From a virus (taxonomy: Duplodnaviria; Caudoviricetes): a stretch of DNA of 37,471 nucleotides. Both the position numbers and the translations under genes were made by a program. The notes under the pieces are model-generated. The model did no database searches. It had not been told where the DNA came from and saw only the letters and a program-made list of their open reading frames with translations. The first letter of the stretch is position 1. Every line of letters begins with the position of its first letter. Location: positions 1 through 37,471 of IMG/VR virus record IMGVR_UViG_3300036713_000524; one strand, given 5' to 3'. This document shows, in pieces, positions 32,937 through 37,471 of this stretch.

Positions 32937-35125
32937 TGCTCAACGCTCATTGCGACGAGCCCCTGCGCTAGTGCATCCCACCAGTGATCTTGCCGGTAGC
33001 GTGACTTTCGCGACTTCGTTGTTTTCCTTTTTAGTTCGGCCAAGTCCTCCGAACCCTCTTTGATGTGTTTCGTTAATCTAGCGTGATTTTTATGGACGCC
33101 ATCAGTCGCATAGAACAGGGCGAACCGCTGCCGTTCGTCCTCCGTCATGAATAGCTGCTCCACCAGGGCATGGTAGTGCATTGCTGACCAAATGACTTCC
33201 GTGCATTTTCGGTCCGCGCCGAGTCCACGGTTCATGTGCCAGTTGTCTCCAACGATCACGTTTTCACTTGGCGCCGGACTTCGATAGTTCGGCTGCCCTT
33301 TCGCTGGCAGCCAACGTCGCAACCGCCCGCGTCGCTCGCGGCAGAATCTTTCAACTGGCTGACCTGCCCACGTCTTCGGCTCGCCGTCTTCGGTCCAGTT
33401 CCCCATCCAGCCCTTGTCAACAAGAACCAAGTCCGGCATCCGCGCGGCTCCGTCTTGCAACAAAAGGCCAGCTTCCATTTTGTCGGCCAGGGTGTGGAGG
33501 CCTTTCAAGATCAGTTCTTCCGCTTGTTCGACCGTTGTCTCGCTCGATCCATGCGTCTGGACGTCGTAATCCGGGATCCGATAGAACCGTCCCGCTTCCC
33601 GGCTGATGAACGCATAGTGCAATTCCACTTTCCGGACGTCGATCCCGCCGACAACCGGATCCGTGTCCGATGGCACAATGCCTCGCGGCTGCTCCGTTTC
33701 GCAGTTCGCAACATGCCCGCTTTCAAATCGTGAAATGATTTGATTTTCTAGCCGGATGATCTCGTTATCAAATTCGCAACGGCAGTAATATTCTCCCTTG
33801 TCTGCCCATTCGTCATAATAATTTTGCACGGCATGGACCTGCATTTGGCTGCCGTCTTTTAGCTTCTGCGATTTGAATCGGTGCTCGTTGCTGACCGTTG
33901 CCCCGGCCAGCATCATTTCTTTGTTGACCAAAAAGTACTGATGCGCTCCCCGGCCGTGCTTGTCGCCGGCGATCTTCCCGCGTTGCCGAAGCTTGACGTA
34001 TTCCATCCACATATCGTGCCGGATCGGTCGCTCGACCATGTACTTATATGTCCTAACCACGAATGGGTGCCCGGTCACCGCGTAGTGGTGCGCGACCCCG
34101 ACGCCTTGCTTTGGTAGCGTTGCCAGCATGATCCGTGCTAGTGGTTCCGTTTGCGTACCAAGTCCTCCGATGTCCAGGTCGACTCGATCGATTACTTTCC
34201 TGGCAACCTCCGGGTTATTGACCGTCTCCGGTGTGTCGAGGTCATCGATCCCGATAACCTTCGGCCGTTTGCCAAGGATGTTCAATCCGCGGATTGGCGA
34301 ATCGGCACCTCGCAACCGCAGCATGGCTCCGTTTGATGGTGAACCTGGAACGGCCGGGTAATTCATTTCGACCGCCGTCCAAGTAAAAGCGATGGGGTGC
34401 TCGGTGAATGTGACGCCCGGTGCGTCGTATCGTTCGCCGGTGGCATGCATCCCATTTGCGATCTGCGAAATCGAACCGACCGACCGGCATGGAATCGCGA
34501 TCTCCGGATAGTATTTGAGAAACGGTTCGCTTTTCGCAATCATGTCCTGTATTGCCTCGCCGGAATTCTTAGCGTCTGCCCCTGTCGCCGAAATCAACGC
34601 CGCAAAGTCTACCTGCCCGCTGGATTGCGATTTCCAAATCATCGCCCGGAGATAGGTTGTTTTGCCTTCACCCCGGCTTGCGAGCATAAGGTCGTCCCCG
34701 CCGTACCTGAGCGTGTCCTCATACGCTCCAATCATTTCGCATTGCTGGCTTGTGAAGGTCCGCGTTAGCGGTTGCGTGATCCCCGATTCCGGCCCGCACA
34801 TTTCCCAAATCCACGCTTCGGAATCATTTTCTATGTTCTCCCTAAACTTCCGCTCCGTCTCCGTCAGCGTCGGAATGATAACGGTTGACCCGCGTCGACG
34901 CGTCGCCTGGTTCGCTTGCTTCGACGATTCCCGCCGTTTGTCCAGGACCTCTTTGCTTCGATTGATTGGCTTCGATTTCGATTCCGCCTCGATCGCCAAC
35001 GCCAACGTCTCCAGCTCCTCTTCCGTCAGCGATGCGATCACTGCCTTCTGCTCGATGCTTGGCAATTGCATCAAGGATTCGATTTCGGCTTTGCTCCACT
35101 CTTCGTTCTTCGCGGTCTTCGTCAT
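32846..35125 (-). CDS. terL: Terminase large subunit
   Basis: Walker A SRGEGKTT, Walker B VIGIDD, nuclease GGIDV, LVDKGW and DHWWDAL. Lies upstream of the portal gene. Confidence 0.88.
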   Translation of the reverse strand: MTKTAKNEEWSKAEIESLMQLPSIEQKAVIASLTEEELETLALAIEAESKSKPINRSKEVLDKRRESSKQANQATRRRGSTVIIPTLTETERKFRENIENDSEAWIWEMCGPESGITQPLTRTFTSQQCEMIGAYEDTLRYGGDDLMLASRGEGKTTYLRAMIWKSQSSGQVDFAALISATGADAKNSGEAIQDMIAKSEPFLKYYPEIAIPCRSVGSISQIANGMHATGERYDAPGVTFTEHPIAFTWTAVEMNYPAVPGSPSNGAMLRLRGADSPIRGLNILGKRPKVIGIDDLDTPETVNNPEVARKVIDRVDLDIGGLGTQTEPLARIMLATLPKQGVGVAHHYAVTGHPFVVRTYKYMVERPIRHDMWMEYVKLRQRGKIAGDKHGRGAHQYFLVNKEMMLAGATVSNEHRFKSQKLKDGSQMQVHAVQNYYDEWADKGEYYCRCEFDNEIIRLENQIISRFESGHVANCETEQPRGIVPSDTDPVVGGIDVRKVELHYAFISREAGRFYRIPDYDVQTHGSSETTVEQAEELILKGLHTLADKMEAGLLLQDGAARMPDLVLVDKGWMGNWTEDGEPKTWAGQPVERFCRERRGRLRRWLPAKGQPNYRSPAPSENVIVGDNWHMNRGLGADRKCTEVIWSAMHYHALVEQLFMTEDERQRFALFYATDGVHKNHARLTKHIKEGSEDLAELKRKTTKSRKSRYRQDHWWDALAQGLVAMSVEQWLRENLIKAKPRRAPTIGASSKPLELGAR

Positions 35126-35306
35126 GGATGTTCTGCGCCTCTGCTGCCAATAATGCCCTGCTCGCTGCCGCGATCTCCCTTGGCTTGCTCTCGCGATCTG
35201 TGATCACCTGGACCAGCCGCCGAATGACCGCCTCCCTATACTGAGGCTTCATCGGCCATCTTTGGATGATCGCTTCCGCTTCCATCCGTGTTTCTTGGGT
35301 GCTCAT
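34842..35306 (-). CDS. Putative terminase small subunit
   Basis: Helical protein MSTQETRMEAEAIIQRWP..., with GGGGAG upstream, directly before TerL and overlapping it by 284 bp. Confidence 0.55.
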   Translation of the reverse strand: MSTQETRMEAEAIIQRWPMKPQYREAVIRRLVQVITDRESKPREIAAASRALLAAEAQNIHDEDREERRVEQSRNRILDAIAKHRAEGSDRIADGRGAGDVGVGDRGGIEIEANQSKQRGPGQTAGIVEASEPGDASTRVNRYHSDADGDGAEV

Positions 35307-35372
35307 TGCGACTCCCCCCGCTGCCCTTGCCGAAGCGAAGGGCATTTTGTTGCTGGTTATCCGGGCAGGCTG

Positions 35373-35993
35373 TTACTCTTGCGCTGCTTGCCAGGCATCG
35401 AATGCAGCAACCAACGGATCGATTCCTGCGAGGCAATCGGCTTTGATGTCATCGGCTTTGCTTTTAGCGGTCACGCCTCTCGCTTCGATCGCGGCAAATT
35501 CGGTTTCTGCATCGTCAAGTTCGCCCGACCAATAGGCAACGCCGACCGCGCTCATGCCATCTTCAAAGTGTGTCTGCGGACCTTCCCATGTCGCGCTGGC
35601 ATCGAGGTAATCAAGGTCGTCTTCAAGGGTCGGATTTCCGGTCACATATCGATCTTGCCAAGCCTGGTCCAGAATGTCTTCTGCCGCATCGATTGCATCC
35701 TGGTCATCAAATCCGCTGTTGATGACGTAGTCGTCGAGCAAATCGGCGAGGTCCGTGTAGGCTGAATCCATTTCATCCACGGATTCTTGAACGAACAAAT
35801 ACTGATCAACCGCGTCGACCCACGCATCGGTGGTTGAACCTTCCGCTTTCGTTTGCTGTCCCCAAACCCCATATGGGTAGCTAGTCGGATAAGTTGGTTC
35901 CCACGTCGGGCCGTAAGCAGCTGCCGTGCTTACCATTGCTAGCGCGGCTGCAACCGCAAAAAAACTTTGCCTTCCAATCATCTCATTCTCCAA
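35373..35993 (-). CDS. Secreted/periplasmic very acidic helical protein (moron-like)
   Basis: Signal-peptide-like MIGRQSFFAVAAALAMVSTAAA and an Asp/Glu/Ala-rich mature part. The true start is probably the internal MIGR. Confidence 0.75.
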   Translation of the reverse strand: MENEMIGRQSFFAVAAALAMVSTAAAYGPTWEPTYPTSYPYGVWGQQTKAEGSTTDAWVDAVDQYLFVQESVDEMDSAYTDLADLLDDYVINSGFDDQDAIDAAEDILDQAWQDRYVTGNPTLEDDLDYLDASATWEGPQTHFEDGMSAVGVAYWSGELDDAETEFAAIEARGVTAKSKADDIKADCLAGIDPLVAAFDAWQAAQE

Positions 35994-36045
35994 AAGTGCC
36001 GGGTTAGTGATCCCGCGTTCCGTCCGGCTTCCGGTTCGCGGGTGT

Positions 36046-37362
36046 TTACGCTTCTGATTCGGTTGGCTGATTGTCTTCGTCCAGCACCTCGCCTGGCATC
36101 CGGTCGGCTCTGCCTCCGGTTATCTTTTCCCAACGTGCAACGATCACGTCGCAATAAACCGGATCTAATTCAACGGTGATTGATCGTCGGCCTAGCTTTT
36201 CGCAGCATGCCATCGTTGAACCGCTGCCGCCGAAAACGTCGAGAATCTTATCTCCTCGCTCGGTGCTGTTCCGGACAAAATTTGCCAAGAGCGATAGCGG
36301 CTTCATGGTCGGATGTTCGAGGCTTCGCCCTGGTCGATTCTCGCGGATCGCTGTCGGGAAATCGCCATTCCGATATTGGTTGATGATTGTTATCAATTCG
36401 CCCTTGCTCAGTTTGGCCAGGTCCAGGTCGTCATCGATCACGGTGGTCTTGTCGAAGGCCCCCACCCACTTGTGTGCCGCTCCTGGCTTCCAACCGTATA
36501 GGATCGGCTCATGCTTCCAGTTGTAATCTTGCCGGCCTAGCACCATCGCGTTCTTGATCCAGACCAGGCATTGCTTGAATAGCAGCCCTGCTTCCGTCAT
36601 GGCTAGCCGGAAGTTAACGCCTTCAGTATCGGCATGGCAAATGTAAACCGGTCCGCCTGGCTTCAGGACGGTCGCCGCGTTGCTTAGCGCTGCGACCAGG
36701 AATTCCCGAAATGCTCCGTCGTTCATTTCGTCGTTGTCAATTGTCAACGCGTCTGCTGTCTTGCCAACGTAAGCAACGTTGTAGGGTGGGTCCGTGATCA
36801 CCGCATCGACCTGCTCGCCGTGTAGAAACGGGATCCATCGGTCGCTTGTCGCGTCCCCGCAAATCAAAACGTGATCACCGAGGATCCAAATGTCGCCGGG
36901 TTCGGTGATCGGGATCGCTGGCGGTTCAGGAACTTCATCTTCGTCGATCTCGATCGGGTGTTCGTCTTCAACTTCAGCCAGGAGGGAGGCTAATTCCTCC
37001 GGCGTGAATCCTGCCGCCGTTACCAATTCCAGGTCCGGCAAGTCTTGCAACTGGTTAAGCAGGATCTGCTGATCCCATTCGGCGAGTTCTGCCGTTCGGT
37101 TGTCCGCGATCGCATAGGCTGTCGCGTCAGCCCCGATCAGGTCGGTGATCCGGACGTCGATCGACTGCCAGCCAAGCCGGCTTGCTGCCTCCAATGTTCC
37201 GCTCCCTGCAACCACGGTTCCGTTATCGTGGATGACGATCGGCTTCTGCTGACCGAACCTTTCAAGGCTAGCCATGATCGCTTCAATGTTCCGCTCGCTA
37301 TGCGATCGGGCGTTGGCCGGGTCCTTCGTCAGTTCTGCAACGGCGCGCTGTTGTTCATTCAT
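36046..37362 (-). CDS. ParB-like N-terminal domain fused to beta-class N4-C/N6-A DNA methyltransferase
   Basis: DPANARSH..SLERFGQQKPIV..ADNRTAELAEWD (ParBc-like), TDPPYNV (motif IV), HPTMKP, LDVFGGSGST (motif I). Confidence 0.93.
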   Translation of the reverse strand: MNEQQRAVAELTKDPANARSHSERNIEAIMASLERFGQQKPIVIHDNGTVVAGSGTLEAASRLGWQSIDVRITDLIGADATAYAIADNRTAELAEWDQQILLNQLQDLPDLELVTAAGFTPEELASLLAEVEDEHPIEIDEDEVPEPPAIPITEPGDIWILGDHVLICGDATSDRWIPFLHGEQVDAVITDPPYNVAYVGKTADALTIDNDEMNDGAFREFLVAALSNAATVLKPGGPVYICHADTEGVNFRLAMTEAGLLFKQCLVWIKNAMVLGRQDYNWKHEPILYGWKPGAAHKWVGAFDKTTVIDDDLDLAKLSKGELITIINQYRNGDFPTAIRENRPGRSLEHPTMKPLSLLANFVRNSTERGDKILDVFGGSGSTMACCEKLGRRSITVELDPVYCDVIVARWEKITGGRADRMPGEVLDEDNQPTESEA

Positions 37363-37471
37363 CGGTGTGGTCCTCTCCCCAACCCCTCAGAAAATGTGAG
37401 TATGAATTTGGTCTTGTTTTTTTGCCGCTGCTTTTGCGCTTACTAAGTGTACGAAAGCCAGGCTTGCGTTT

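Larger units (their letters stand above)
1..37471. mobile_element. Tailed dsDNA phage/prophage genome segment (siphovirus-like)
   Basis: Full head-tail module plus phage-type replication genes. No host housekeeping genes and no att site or integrase are seen. Confidence 0.95.

Noticed and set aside
6845-34768. Long plus-strand ORFs opposite the replication and structural genes (e.g. 6845-8011, 20005-20820, 22279-23211, 28670-29470)
   Set aside because: These are antisense shadows expected in GC-rich coding DNA, with no motifs or RBS support.
37390-37406. Possible 12th repeat (GAAAATGTGAGTATG) upstream of the MTase gene
   Set aside because: Only one imperfect half-site, with no partner 25 bp away and no TATAAT.

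Overview
About 37.5 kb of a tailed dsDNA (pro)phage genome with a lambda-like head and non-contractile tail. The host is possibly a planctomycete (weak inference from CGATCG richness and Cys-rich tail-end proteins). There are three blocks. (1) 1-10.5 kb, minus strand: replication/recombination genes, namely a P4-alpha-like primase-helicase cut by the window edge and missing from the ORF track, an ERCC4 nuclease, a RecD2-like helicase, an SSB-like protein, a RecT/Red-beta-like annealing protein and an Xis-like HTH. (2) 9.7-16.1 kb: an array of about 16 mostly tiny genes punctuated by 11 copies of a ~47-bp palindromic sigma70-type promoter element (TATRCNCAC-N25-GTGTGTATAAT), with mosaic flanks and a second family of junction hairpins, ending in a ribbon-helix-helix gene. 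(3) 17-37.4 kb, minus strand: morphogenesis genes (ParB-MTase, terminase, portal, S49 protease-capsid fusion, head-tail connectors, tail tube, frameshifted tail chaperone, short tape measure, Cys-rich distal proteins). The most notable items are the promoter-cassette array and a complete -1 frameshift signal (A AAA AAC, 6 nt, 13-bp hairpin) at the end of the RecT-like gene. No integrase, CI-type repressor, clear lysis gene, tRNA or CRISPR array was recognised. All product calls come from motif recognition by eye, not database searches.
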